Source: the human T2T-CHM13v2.0 reference genome, Homo sapiens
Reading direction: 5' to 3' (one strand)
Length of the DNA stretch: 64,000 nucleotides
Assembly (NCBI RefSeq): GCF_009914755.1
Contig: NC_060946.1
Under the pieces are notes generated by a model that worked only from the letters and a program-made list of their open reading frames with translations, had not been told where the DNA came from and did no database searches. Positions 14,220-30,327 of the stretch are shown here, piece after piece (position 1 is the first letter of the stretch; every line of letters begins with the position of its first letter). The position numbers and the translations under genes were made by a program.

Positions 14220-14584
14220 CAGGTCAAGTATCCCTTTTCTGAAGTGCTTGGGACCAGAAGGGTTTCAGAGTTCTATTTTTCCGTTCTTTTTTTTTTTGGA
14301 TTTTGGAATATTTGCATATACATAATGAGATATCTTTGGGATGGGATCCAGGTCTAAACACAAAACTCATTTATGTTTCATATACACCTTACTCACATAG
14401 CCTGAAGGTAATTTCATGTAATATTTTTAACAATTTTGTGCATTAAACCAAGTTTTGACAGCCTTTGACTGCGACCCATCACATGAGGTGAAATTCTTCT
14501 TGTGGCATCATGCTGGCACTCAAAGCGTTTTGAATTCTGGAGCATTCTGGAGTTTGGATGTTCAGACGACAGAAACCCACCCTG
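14220..14584. mobile_element. Tigger4b/MER46-type TcMar DNA transposon
   Basis: TA-CAGG...CCTG-TA ends; internal 'gcttgggaccagaag', 'ttttggaatatttgcatatacataatgagatatc', 'gcctgaaggtaattt'. Confidence 0.85.
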
Positions 14585-14749
14585 TACCGGAGCAGTTTGC
14601 TCTGCTTTTCTGAATGTTGGAAAGCTTTCAGAGCAGCCTGTTAATGTGCACCTACTCTGCTTCAGAAATTCCACCTCCTTACATGTGGGAGGAAATCAGA
14701 CCCTTGATAAAGGTGGAAATACACCGTTCACCCCAGAATTGGCCAAAGA

Positions 14750-15321
<572 letters not shown>

Positions 15322-15453
15322 TCACTTGTGAAGGTAACAGAGGAGGCTCCGCCGCCCTGGGACGATGCTCCAGGGGTATTACAAAGTTTAAGGAGACGTC
15401 TCCCTAACAGAACAGTATGGCTGCACTTTTCTTTAAAATCTGGGCAGGCAGGA

Positions 15454-15591
15454 GGCCAGGTGCAGTGTCTCATGCCTGTTGTCCCAGCACTTTGGAAGTC
15501 CAAGGTGGGCAGATTGCTTGAGTCCCGAAGTTCAAGACCAGCCTGGGCAACATAGCAAGACTTCATCTCTACAAAAATAAGAAATAACAAA
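15454..15591 (+). mobile_element. Alu left monomer (FLAM_C or truncated AluJ)
   Basis: 'gattgcttgagtcc...cctgggcaacatagcaagac'; ends in an A-rich stretch with no right arm. Confidence 0.85.
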
Positions 15592-15601
15592 GATGATATT
15601 G

Positions 15602-15728
15602 CATAGCTGAGACTGGTTAATTTATAAAGGAAAGAGGTTTAATGGACTCAAAGTTCTACATGGCTGGGGAGGCCGCCAATCATTCAAGGTGAGATTTGGT
15701 TTGGGGACACGGAGCCAAAACCGTGTCA
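15602..15728 (-). mobile_element. THE1/MST MaLR LTR with a large internal deletion
   Basis: 'ctgagactggttaatttataaaggaaagaggtttaatggactca...caatca' is joined directly to 'ttcaaggtgagatttgg...gagccaaaaccgtgtca'. Confidence 0.85.
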
Positions 15729-17816
15729 GTATGCACCGTTATCTCTCTGACGGGGTGAGGGTTTCCTTTCTGTGTCCCTGCATTTCCTCACTTGTCTACC
15801 ACGAGCATCTTTTTTTCCTGAATCTAAGAAGACATGAAGGATCTAGGTGCCCATGAGGGTTGAGGTCTGAAGCCCTTTGATGGCCATCAGACCAGAGCTC
15901 CTGCAGGTGCAGCCACGAAGAGCCTGGGCAGTGACCCTCAGTGCCGGAGGAAGCGTGCAGATAAATGGCTCCCACTGGCCTGAGTCCAGGGTGCCCACAG
16001 TAATGCTGGCATCTTGCCCGGGGCTGGCGACCCTCCGTGCCCCCACCATCGGGCACCATTGTCAAGAGCACACCATCGAGACACTTGCTGCTGCTGGGAG
16101 CTCCCTCGGTCCACACCAATCCTGAGAATACAGTCAGTGGAGGCCCCTGCGTCCTCTTCCATACATGAGCAGAGGCTTCAGAGACCAGCGGCGGGGGCTT
16201 CAGAGGAAGTGGCAGAGTGGAAAGGTGGGCAGAGCCAGCTTGCCCCCTCCCGCAGACTGTCTGCGCAGTCCCAGAGCCCCAGAGCTGGAGCAGGAACTTG
16301 GGGCTAGTCAGAGGCTGCATGATAGAAAGGGGCCCAGGCATCCCCTGGGGGCAGAGACCTCATGCAGGTGAACCCCTAAGGCCAACAATGATGGCCCAGC
16401 AGGAATTGAGTTTGTGGGACACACCAGATGCCCATCAGGCAGTGGCAGAGCCAAGGGGTGGCCGTGAAGCTGTGCTGATGGAGTGCTTTTCAGTTGGTTT
16501 AGAGCAGGAGGTACCAGAAGGAGGGTGGGTGGGAGCAAAGCTATTGTGGCATGGTAGGACCTGGCTTGGTGAACTTGATCAGAAAGGCTAGAGATCTGCT
16601 TCTGACCCTGTGGTCCTGTCCACATGGCAGACTAGAAGGGGAAGGGGAGCCCTGTCCTGTAAGCCCCTTGCTGGCTCGGAAGCTTCCAGGCCCTGGGAAG
16701 GCCTTGACAGGCCCAGCCCCTCCCAACGAATGAGAGGAGGAGAGATGACAGAGCAGCCAGGGTGTGCGAGGATGCCCACACGCGACGGGAAAGGGGGACC
16801 CAGGGTGCGGGAGGCACAGGGCAGGCCCTGGAGTCTGCCTGGGCACCACCGGGAGAAGCTGAACCCCCGGCTCTGGGTCTGGCCTGGGCAGGGGCTGGAG
16901 CCGCTCTGCCTTTTGCAGCCTCTGCTCTGCAGAAGCAGGTGTGGGCTGACTCCTGGGGGCCTTGTGCCGCCAATGGGGAGGTCCTCAGGGACACGCGCCT
17001 TGGTGTGCTGGGAAAGAGTGAGAATGGGACTGTCTCTGTGACATCTCAGGTGCACTGCCACCTTGGGATAATGCCCACCTGAGAGGAAAGCTGGAGGCAG
17101 CCCCACCTCCAGGCTTACAGGCCTGCAGGAGCTGGAAGGGGAGGCCCCAGATGCCCAGGGGTGTGGGAGCCTCACCTGCTCTCTGCAGGGCGCAGGCTCA
17201 GGTATGAAGAGGGCCGGAGTGCACACACATGTGCATGGGCTCAGGCTTGAAGGAACAAGCAAAGTAAAAGGAGTTCACTGGAAGCTTAAAAAAGAATGAA
17301 TCAAAGAAATAAGTCTCATTCCCAATCCCCGCACAACTAATAATCAAGGAAATATCACGTTTCTGTTGTTGTAGAAACAGTCATTTAACAAAATATTTCA
17401 TGAGTATTGAAATCACTTGCTGTGCATCTCGGGAATCTAATCATTGTGATTAAGCCTAATGAGCATGAGTCACCTGCACAGAAATAAACGGGGGGGCCGA
17501 TTTCCGGTGAGAAGTGCCTTTGGAACCAAGTCCCTACCTCAGGCTTAGTGCCCCCGTGTTCCCAGTGCAAGGCTGTTGGATGGACAGGTGAAATGCAGAT
17601 GGAAAAACGCAACTCTTTTCAAAAATGGAGCGGCCAAGAGTGGACGCAGGCTCTCTCTGACAGGCCTTGGTGATGGAAGTCTCACTGTGTAGGGGCTGGA
17701 GTTCTCCGAAGACTCTTTCAGTTTCACAAGGAAGCCTCAGGAAAGCAGCCTGATCAGGTCATCCCATGACAAAGAGAAACAATAGCTACAGACAGCAGCA
17801 ACTTCCTGAGACAACT

Positions 17817-18464
17817 GACCCAGCATACAACAGACCCAAGGTACAACAGACCCAGGAGACAATCAACCCAGGGTACAACAGACCCAGCAGGCAACAGACC
17901 CAGGGGACAACCAACCCAGGAGAGGATCGACCCAGGGGACAATCGACCCAGGGGACAATCGACCCAGGGTACAGCAGACTCAGGATGCAATAGACCCAGG
18001 GTACAACAGACCCAGGACACAAGAGACCCAGGGGACAACCAACCCAGGAGACAATCGACCCAGGGTACAACAGACTCAGGATGCGATAGACCCAGGGTAC
18101 AACAGACCCAGGACACAAGAGACCCAGGGGACAACCAACCCAGGAGACAATCGACCCAGGGTACAACACACTCAGGATGCGATAGACCCAGGGTACAACA
18201 GACCCAGGACACAAGAGACCCAGGGGACAACCAACCCAGGAGACAATCGACCCACGGTACAACAGACTCAGGATGCAATAGACCCAGGGTACAACAGACC
18301 CAGGACACAAGAGACCCAGGGGACAACCAACCCAGGAGACAATCAACCCAGGGTACCACAGACCCAGGAGACAACAGACCTGGGACACAGCAGAACCAGG
18401 ATGCAATAGACCCAAGGTTCAACAGACCTAGGAGGCCACCAACCCAGGACTCAATTGACCCAGG
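17817..18464. repeat. Minisatellite: 16-bp monomer (GACCCAGGrkACAAyv), about 41 copies, with a 96-bp higher-order repeat
   Basis: Monomer register is kept from 17817 to 18457 (640 = 40 x 16); the variant monomer 'actcaggatgc' recurs at 17977, 18073, 18169 and 18265. Confidence 0.95.
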
Positions 18465-19653
18465 TGTCCTTAGATTTTCAAGGACCCAAAAATACAACCA
18501 TGTTACATCAAACTGTTCTCCAGCCTCAGAGAAACAAGGCATCAACCACAAGTCCAGAAATAGACCAAAGAGCTAAAGCCATTGAATTTGGGTTAAAATC
18601 CTGAAGAATGCTGCAAGGTGGGCAAACAAGTTATTCATAATGTTGCCTAATCTTCAACATGTGAAAGAAGGAGTGAGTCGTAGCCACTGCACTAGCTCCT
18701 GAAGTGAGTTATTATCAGTAAACGCACCATCGAGCCCCTGTGTGGAACGGACAAACCCCGCTGGCATTCCAGGACTCTGGTTTGGAATGGTGCTGATGCA
18801 GATGGGGTGGGAAAGATGTGAAGGGCAAGGGAGCGGCTCGCAAAACTCCCCTTTCAGCTGCCTGCAGGCCCTTCACAGCCCTCAACCTGCGCCGTAAGGG
18901 ACCCCAGGAATGATCCACAGCTGCCGGCGCTGGCAGCCCTTGCAGCCCAACAACGGAGAAGCTGGCATGCTTGGCTGGAAAGTCAGTGGGCGCCCTTCTC
19001 AGTGCCTCTTGAATGTGTTTGAAATAGGAAAGGAATAAATAACTGTCATGTTAGATCCACTCCCATCACAGTGGAAACAATCCATTTCTTACTGGAGCAA
19101 CCTAATTAGGGGCTGATAAGCTGCACATTCAGGGCGGGTGAACATTTGCTGTAATTCTTTCCAGGAGAAGGGACAGAAGCCAGTGCAGCTTTTATTAAGA
19201 GACAAAAATACCAGTATCTTCAAGGAGTCGAGACCCCTCCTGCCTGCGCAGGTGTAGTCACCAAACCCAAACCAGGTCCTATTTATGTAACCTGGGAATG
19301 TCGTGTGGCTCTCCCAGTCTACTCAGGATTCGGGAGCAGACGTGAGTACTCACTGCACAACAGTGGAAGTGACTATCAGCCCCTCGCCTTTGGGATGCCA
19401 TTTGATCATTGATCATTTCCTTTATTTACGAATGTTTTTGTTAATTGAAAACTATGACTGAGCATCCACTGGGACTCATCGCAGGATCTGAGGAATACTT
19501 AGCCCTAAATTGAGCCCTGTTCTGGACCTGCCTAACAAAAGCAAGAACCAAAAGGAATAAATAGCTTCCAACTAACTGAACTGAACCTCAAACAAATTTA
19601 AGAATATTTATAGCAATACAATATATCCAGAACCTTAGGAGACTAATTTCACA

Positions 19654-19956
19654 CTGGATGCAGTGGCTTATGCCTGTAATCCCAGCACTTTGAGAGGCTG
19701 AGGCGGGCAGATCACTTGAGACCAGGAGTTCAAGACCAGCCTGGCCAATATGGTGAAACCCTATCTCTACTAAAAATACAAAAAATTGGCTGGGGGTGGT
19801 GGTGTGCGCCTGTAATCCTAGCTACTGGGTAGACTGAGGCATAAGAATCACTTGAACACAGAAGGCAGAGGTTTCAGTGAGCTGAGATCACGCCACTGCT
19901 CTCCAGCCTGGGCAACAGAGCAAGACTCCATCTCAAAAAATAAAAACAAAAACAAA
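19654..19956 (+). mobile_element. Alu (Sz/Jb-like)
   Basis: Full dimer; TSD agactaa(t/a)ttcaca. Confidence 0.93.
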
Positions 19957-20212
19957 AGACTAAATTCACAATTTCTGGCATCCAATAAATCACCAGGCAC
20001 CCAAAGAATAAAAAAATACAACATTGGGAGATAAATTCATTGAAACGAACTCAGAACTGACCCAGATGTTAGAACACTAAAAAGTTATTATCACTGTATT
20101 GCATATGCTCAAAAATTTAAGTAGAGACATGCAAAATACATACACACACATTCAAATCAAACTTCTAGAGATGAAAACTGCAGTGTGTGAGATTAAAAAT
20201 ACCCTGGATGGG

Positions 20213-20536
<324 letters not shown>

Positions 20537-20561
20537 TTAGAGACATTGCAGAAGAAAAATT

Positions 20562-21208
20562 CTTCATAATTGCTCAAATTTGGAAGCAGTAAAGATGCCC
20601 TTTGGTAGATGAGTAGATAAATAAATTAGTACAATTATAAATAAAATAATATTCCAGACAATGGAATATCATCCAAGATTAAAAAGAAATGAGCTATGAA
20701 GCCATGAAAAGACACGGAGGCAACTTAAATGCATATTACTAAGTAAAAAAAAAAAGGTCAATCTGGAAAGGCTACATACAGTCTATGTATAACATACTGT
20801 ATGACATTCTGGAAAAGGCAAAGTTATGGAAGCAGTGAAAATACTTTTTAACTGCCGAGGGTTAGTGGGGATGGAGGGATGAACAGGTGGAGCACTGAGG
20901 ACTTGAGGGACAATGAAGATACTCTATATGATACTATAATGGTGGGTGCATGTCCCTATGTATTTGTCAAAACCCATATAACTGCGCTACATAAAGAGTG
21001 AAACCTAAACTGTGGGCTCTGGGTAATCATGGTTTGTCAATGTAGGCTCATCAGTGGTAACACATGTACCATTCCAGTGGATGATGTTGACAGTGGGGGA
21101 GGCTGTGCATGTGTGGGGGCAGGGGGTATATGGCAAATCTCTGTCCTTTCATCTTGATTTTGCTGTGAACCTAAAACTGCTCTGAAAAAGTAAAGTCTTT
21201 TTTAAAAA
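20562..21208 (+). mobile_element. L1MC1/2-like 3' end
   Basis: 'gacattctggaaaaggcaaa', 'tttgtcaaaacccat', terminal 'gctgtgaacctaaaactgctctgaaaaagtaaagtc'. Confidence 0.75.
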
Positions 21209-21987
21209 GTCAACCTAGAATTCTATAGTCAACAAAAGTATCTTTCAAAAATAAAGGCAAAGTACTTTTTCCAGCACTCAAAAGCTGAAAGCACTCATTA
21301 CAAGCAGACCTGCAGTGGAAAAGTGTTCAAGGAAATCCTTTAAGAACGAGGAAAATGATGCCAGATATAAAAACATAAATCTACACAAAGAAGAACAAGC
21401 AGAAATGGTAACTGCACAGGTAAGTATTTTAAAATTTATTCTTATTGTTTAACTGTTTTTAAAGATAATTACTTAAACAAAAGCATGTAATGCAGGGGTC
21501 ATAACATGTGTAAGCAAAATGTATGACAACCATACCATCAAGGCAGGTAGTGGAGAAATTCAAGTATACTGTTACAAGGTTTTATACTATACATGATATG
21601 GCATATTGTTTGAAAATAGACTGTGGTAAGTTAATGATATATACTATAAGCCCTGAAGCAACCACTAATATAACAATAAAAGAGCTATATATAATAAGCC
21701 AGCAAAGGAGATAGTCACCAACAATATCCACAAGTTATCTTTAAAAGGTAGGAAAAAATTAAAAATGGAAAAAGAAAAAAATGCCAACATTAAAAACAGA
21801 CAGCAAAAGCATAGACTCAACCTAACAATATAATCACAATAAATGTAAATGGTCTAAACACTCTCATTAAAAAACACAGATTGCCAGATCTATATAAAAA
21901 GGACTCAAATATACACAGATGGCAAGAAACATACTGTAAATATGGAGACAAAAAAAAAATAAAAGAAAAGAAACAAGCTATGCCATT

Positions 21988-22382
21988 TACATTAATCAGC
22001 TTTGGCTGCCATAGCAAAATATTCTAGACTGAGTGGCTCAAACAACAGAGATGTATTTTCTGACAGTTCTGGACGTTAGAAGTCCCAGATTAAGGTCCTG
22101 GACAATTTGATTCCTGATGAGGGTTCTCTTGAAGATTATCTCTTTCTTCTGCATCCTCACATGGCCTCTCCTCTATATAGGTGTGGAGAGAGAACATTCT
22201 GATATCTTTTACTCTTTTTACAAGGATAACAGCTTTATCAGATTAAGACTTCCACCCTTATTACCTCACTTAACCTTCATTACTTCCTTGTAGATCTTAT
22301 TTCCAAATACAGTCACATCATGGGTTAGAGCTTCAACCTATAAATTTGAGGGTGGAAAAAAGACATAATTAAGGCCATAAAA
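21988..22382 (-). mobile_element. MLT1-type MaLR LTR (MLT1A/B-like)
   Basis: 'ggctgccatagcaaaata..agactgagtggctcaaacaacag', 'ccaaatacagtcacat', 'gggttagagcttcaac'. Confidence 0.8.
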
Positions 22383-22534
22383 CTACCTAACATTGGACAT
22401 AAGAAAGCTATAGTGGTTATATTAATATTACACAATGTACATTTTAAAGCAAGGAAAATTACAGGAAGAAATAAGACTACGCCATGAAGATAAAGCAGTC
22501 AATCAAGAGAACATAGCAATTCTAAACATTTATG

Positions 22535-24660
<2,126 letters not shown>

Positions 24661-25301
24661 ATTTTTATTTTTTGTGAAAATAATAATTGTGAAAAAGTGA
24701 AAGAAGAAAGATAAAAAATACAAGAAGCAAAGGCTCAAAGAACCAAAAGGAAAAATAGAAAAACAGACAATTACAGTTGGAGATTTCAATACCATTCTCT
24801 CCATAACTGACAGAACAAATAGACAAAAAATTCAGTAAGGATATAGATGTGAACAACACCACGAGAGGAACTTGACCTGGTAGATGCTTGCAGTACATTC
24901 TACCCAACAACGAGAGAACACACATTCCTCTCACCAGCATTTATAAGGATAGACCATATTCTGGGCCATAAAATAGGTCTTGATAAATTGAAAAGCATTC
25001 AACTCATACAAAATTTGTCCTCTCACCATAATAAAACTAAATTAGAAATCAACAGCCAAAAGATATCTGGAAAATTCAAACATTTGGAAACTGAGTAACA
25101 CATTCCTAAATAACCCTTAGGTCAAGAAGGAATCAAAGTGGGGAATAAGAAAGTATTTTGAATTGAATAAAAATGAAAACCCAACATATAAACATCTGTT
25201 GGGTGCCTCTAAAGCAGTCCTTGGAAAGGCACATAAAATACTAAATACCTATATTAGAGAAGAAGAAAGGTTTGAAGTGAATGACCTTAACTTCCACCTT
25301 A

Positions 25302-25619
<318 letters not shown>

Positions 25620-25962
25620 GCAACTGGGAAGGGGGAAAAGGTAAATTAAACCCAACATACGCAGAAGGAAGTAAATAATGAGTATTACAGCCTATATCAT
25701 AGAAATAGGACACAGGAAAAATATAACAATTACTGACACTAAAAGATAGTCTTTGCAAAGATGAATAACATCGGTAGACCTCTAGGGAGATTGATCAGGA
25801 AAAACGTAGCAGCGATGCCATCAAGGAAGAAAGGCGATGTCACTAGAGACTCTGCAGGAAGACACATTATCCCAGGTGGCACACCGTGCTGATCCCACGC
25901 ATCTATGCTGTAAAGGACAAATGACTCCCTTGACCTGAGGAGCATGGTGTCCCAATGGAGGC

Positions 25963-26745
25963 TGTGGCAGAGTGTCACTGTGTTCCTACCTGGGTCCTCT
26001 GGGTCCTCTTCCTGGGCACAGAGGAAAACCAGTCTTCCTTGTAGTTAGACGTGGGTCATAAACTGAGTTCTGGCCCAGGGAATGCAGGCAGAAGCGAGGT
26101 AAAGCACCACAAGCCCTGATCCTTACAAGCATCCTTCCACGGTGCCCTCGTCCCTGCTCTACCGTTAGAAGCACGAGATAGAAGGAGGTGTCATGAACTG
26201 AATGTTTGTGCCTCACAAAAGTCCCAGGTTGAAACTCCCAACTCCCAATGTGTCTGTATTTCAAGAAGTAACTAAGGCTCCGTGAGGTCGTAAGGGTAGG
26301 GCCCCGATCTTATGGATCCCTGTAAGGAGAGACCACAGGGAGCTTAGTGCCCATGTCCCCTCTCTCCTCATCATGGAAGGAGGCAGAGAGAAGGTGGCAT
26401 CTGCCAACCAGGAAGAGGACCCTCCCCAGGAGCTGGACTGACCGGCACCCTGATCCTGGACTTATCAGCCTCTAGAATTGTGAGAAAATGCGTTTTTGTT
26501 CTTTAAGCCGCCCTGCCTATCGTGTCGTGCTATGGCAGCCAGGCCTGACCACTGTGGACAGTGTTCATGGTGATTCAGAGAGGAGTGGCTGGGGGCGCAC
26601 CCAACTGGAAATGGACTTTAACCCCCATCAGACAGAACTGCACTGGCCTGTGGAATGAGGAGAAATCAGCCTGTTTCGGTCAAGCTCCAGAGATGTGGGG
26701 ATTATTGTTTTGGCAGCGAGAGGCATTTCCCTGACTCATGGAGAA
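25963..26745 (+). mobile_element. MLT1J-type MaLR LTR split by a younger MLT1A
   Basis: 'tgtggcaga...cttcctgggcaca...ctgagttctggcc...gcagaag'; 3' part 'tgaggagaaatcagcctg...agagatgtggggattattgtt'. Confidence 0.6.
26189..26553 (+). mobile_element. MLT1A-type MaLR LTR
   Basis: 'tgtcatgaactgaatgtttgtg', 'ggcaccctgatcctggactt..cagcctctagaattgtgagaaa', 'tatggcagcc'. Confidence 0.8.
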
Positions 26746-26832
26746 ATTGGTACTTACCTTGGGTGTTTCCATTAAATAAGGAGGGAGGTGAGATCAGCTT
26801 CAAGGTCAGGCTGCCGTCTGGTAGGAACCCGA

Positions 26833-27194
26833 TGTAGGAGTCCATTTTCACACTGCTGATAAAGACGTGCCTGAGACTGGGTAATTTATAAAGAGAAAGA
26901 GGTTCAATGGACTCACAGTTCCACATGGCTGGAGAAGCCTCACAATCATGGTGGAAGGTGAAAGGCACATCTTACATAGGGGCAGGTGAGAGAGAATGAG
27001 AGCTAAGGGAAAGGGGAAACCCCTTATAAAGCCATCAGATCTCGTGAGACTTATTCACTACCACGAGAACAGTATGGGGGTAACAGCCTGCATGATTCAA
27101 TTATCTCCCACCAGGTCCCCTCCACAACGCATAGGGATTATGGGAGCTACAATTCAAGATGAGATTTGGGTGGGGACACAGCCAAACCCTATCA
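26833..27194 (-). mobile_element. THE1B-like solo LTR
   Basis: Complete ~360 bp with TG...CA ends; 5-bp TSD cccga/cctga. Confidence 0.92.
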
Positions 27195-27329
27195 CCTGAT
27201 TATCAGAAACTAAAAATATGTTAATGTGAACCAAGCAGAGGACACACATCTTGGAACTGTAACCTTCTCTCCACATTCAGTCAGTCCACGTGCCCACTGA
27301 GTCCGTATTTCCAGAGAAGGAGGTTGGAA

Positions 27330-27660
27330 AATCATGTGAATGGTGAGTGCTGGCAATTTGGCAGCATGTGGCAAGAGGTTGCAAGAAAGAGGTGGCCTCA
27401 GGAAAGCAATCAATGAGAAGAGAGAGATCCCTGAAGTTCTGGCATTTGCAGAGTTTGAAAGCTGTACTGCCTGCATCTAGAGGTAGAATTTTCAAAACCT
27501 GAGCTACAAATATCAAGCCAAAGTTATTTTTTTTCCTCCAAAGTAATTAAGTCAGTCAGGGAGAGGTGAGAGTAAGTGGCATCCACAAACAAGTATACGA
27601 GTGAGATAAAATGACTCAGGCTGAAGATAAGATGAAGGTCGCGGCTTTCTCCCTTGTCAT
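27330..27660 (+). mobile_element. Possible MaLR internal (MLT1-int) remnant
   Basis: Weak resemblance in 'ctcaggaaagc...agagagatccctgaagttctgg...gagtttgaaagc...gactcagg...agataagatgaagg'. Confidence 0.35.
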
Positions 27661-29033
27661 CCCAAATACACCATGAGATTCACCATGGAGCGGAGATGGA
27701 CGGAGTTTGGAAGACCCAGGAGCTGTCTGGAGGACAGCCAAGGAGTCTCCATGCTCCCAGCGGGCGAATCTCCTTACTCCTCAGGAGAGAAAGAAACTGT
27801 TACTGTTGCTAAGCTGCTGGGATTTGGGAATTGTTTGTTAAAGCAACGAGCAAGTGTTACTCTGGAAAAGATGGAAGCAGAGGAGGGTGAGAGGCAGAAA
27901 CAGGGGCCAGGAGTAGGCGCAGGATCCGTGCAACAGCGCGGCGGATCGGCCTTGGGTGGCTGAGAAAGAGGTTCCCTGGTGAAGAGGAGATGAGGTATAA
28001 ACGAACACCCAGGGACCACATGCTGTGTGCCAGGAACTGTGTCCCTGGCAACAGTGGATCAACGCACTGCAGGGAAGGCCCTGGGGGTGGGTGCGGAGCC
28101 CGCTGTGATGGTTTCTAAGTGCAGGCTTGCTAGTTGGGATTGAGTAATATAACCCAACTCATCGGCTTTCCATTGTACCAAGATAGAAATGATGGGCTGG
28201 GTCCACCTTCTCTCGTCACTTGAGCAGGTATAATCTGAAACAATAAATAGAATTTTTAATATCATAGATTTTATTTTAGAATAGATTTATGGAAACATTG
28301 AAAAGATAGCACAGAATGTTCCCCTACTCCCTGCAGCCGAAATCCCCTGCTGTTAGCCAGATGAGTCCTGAGGGCTCTGGGCAGCTGAGAAGGTGGACAG
28401 TGTGGGGCTGTGTTTACAGGAGAGCTAGAGAGCAATTGCAGAGAATACTCACACTTAGAGTCAGGAGGAGAAGAGGGGAGGGACCAAGGAGACAAGCAGG
28501 GAGGGGATCTTAAAGTAGAGCCCACAGCCAGAAGTCAGAAAGCTGGAAACACTCGGGCATAAGAAACAAAGAGCCAAGGATGAATTTTAGTAGCATTTCG
28601 GTTTGTAAATGTGGGCAGGAGGAACTAGCATCAGAAGAGGACGCAGGTGCACAGACCTGCTGGGCCAGGTTAAGGGGGTGGCCAGGAAAAGAGGGGAGAA
28701 GGGACGTTCTGAGGGCCGTTTTCCACGTAAAATTCATTCATCTTCTCATTCATTCATTCACTCGGTGTCTATGGGAAACTCGGCTGTTTCACGCACATTC
28801 TGGGGTCACCATGTTTCTTTCACTTAACAAATATGGGAGGCTTTGCATGTCAGAATGAAGAATCCTTGACCTTCGTTTAATTGATAATGGGTCAAATGAA
28901 GGTTTCCAGGTAAAGGAGTGATAAAGCAGAATAAATCGCCTGGAAAGCAAGCTCCCAGCAACAAGGAACAATCACACAGCCTCCGTTCCTATGGTGTCCG
29001 CGCATCACGTCTGGCCTCGCCATTAGGGAGGAT

Positions 29034-29036
<3 letters not shown>

Positions 29037-29076
<40 letters not shown>

Positions 29077-29150
29077 TTGAGACGGAGTCTTGCTCTGTCG
29101 CCCAGGCTGGAGTGCAGTGGCTCAATCCCGGCTAACTGCAAGCTCCGCCT
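29037..29150 (-). mobile_element. Severely 5'-truncated AluY with (TAAA)n tail
   Basis: About 75 nt of right arm ending 'gcaagctccgcct'; perfect 17-bp flanking repeat ccattagggaggattta at 29020-29036 and 29151-29167. Confidence 0.92.
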
Positions 29151-29189
29151 CCATTAGGGAGGATTTAATAAGTACTTGGCCCATCCATG

Positions 29190-29940
29190 GATTATCCAAG
29201 TCTTGGCGTGAAAGGGTAGATGCAGGTTGGGAGTGTGGGAAGCGTGGACCAGGCATGAGGAGCCCCTCAGGAAGCTGTGAGGTAACCCAGGAGGGCGGAA
29301 GATCCGCCTGGAGCAGGTGCCCTGAGGATGCAGGAGACGGGACCCCAGCCCAGGCTGCTCCTGTCCAGGGCTCTCGGATGTTTCAAGGCTGTGCTCCCCA
29401 GAGACACTGATGGGTGGAGGAGGGAGGACAGGAAGAGGAGGAAGCCAAGCAAGGGTGCAATTTCAGGAGAAATTTCACGGGATGCAGGTTCAGCCGAAGC
29501 CTTCGAGGGATTTCTGGAGTACGCCTCAGAGATGTCCTGAGTCAGCTGAGGAGCTGGGAGTTCCTGCCCCACCCCAGCTAAGCGCACCCCGGGGGAGGGG
29601 CAGGATGCCAACTCCCAGACATCTCCAGCCCTTTGTGTGGGCAGACGATGCAGTGCCAGGGGCCAGGGCAGTCCCCCGGAGAAGGGCCGAGTGTCCGCCA
29701 CAGCGAGGGGGAGGAAAGAGCACCCGTGTTGGAACAGAAAGGGGCTGGACAGGATCCAGGCAGAACCTGATAGTGTCGGCAACAATATGCATGCGCGGGA
29801 CTGATGGACCGTGAAGGAGAGGCGTGGAAGGCAGAGCCAGGATCTGGAGCCTGGAGGCTGGGAGATGATATTAATGGGCAATGGAAGATGCGGCTGGAGA
29901 AAGACGACATTCGGGGCAAGATAACAAGTCCGACTTGGGA
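29190..29940 (-). mobile_element. L2 fragments (29190-29330 and 29740-29940)
   Basis: G-rich antisense L2-like phrases: 'caggaagctgtgaggtaacccagg', 'ccaggatctggagcctgg', 'gataacaagtccgacttggga'. Confidence 0.4.
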
Positions 29941-29977
29941 GAAAACCACCCACCTCTGTCCTATAAATTAGGCATAA

Positions 29978-30327
<350 letters not shown>

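Noticed and set aside
17754-18551. Cys/Trp/Pro repeat 'proteins' of 265 and 209 aa
   Set aside because: Stop-free frames follow from minisatellite base composition; there is no promoter, splice or homology support.
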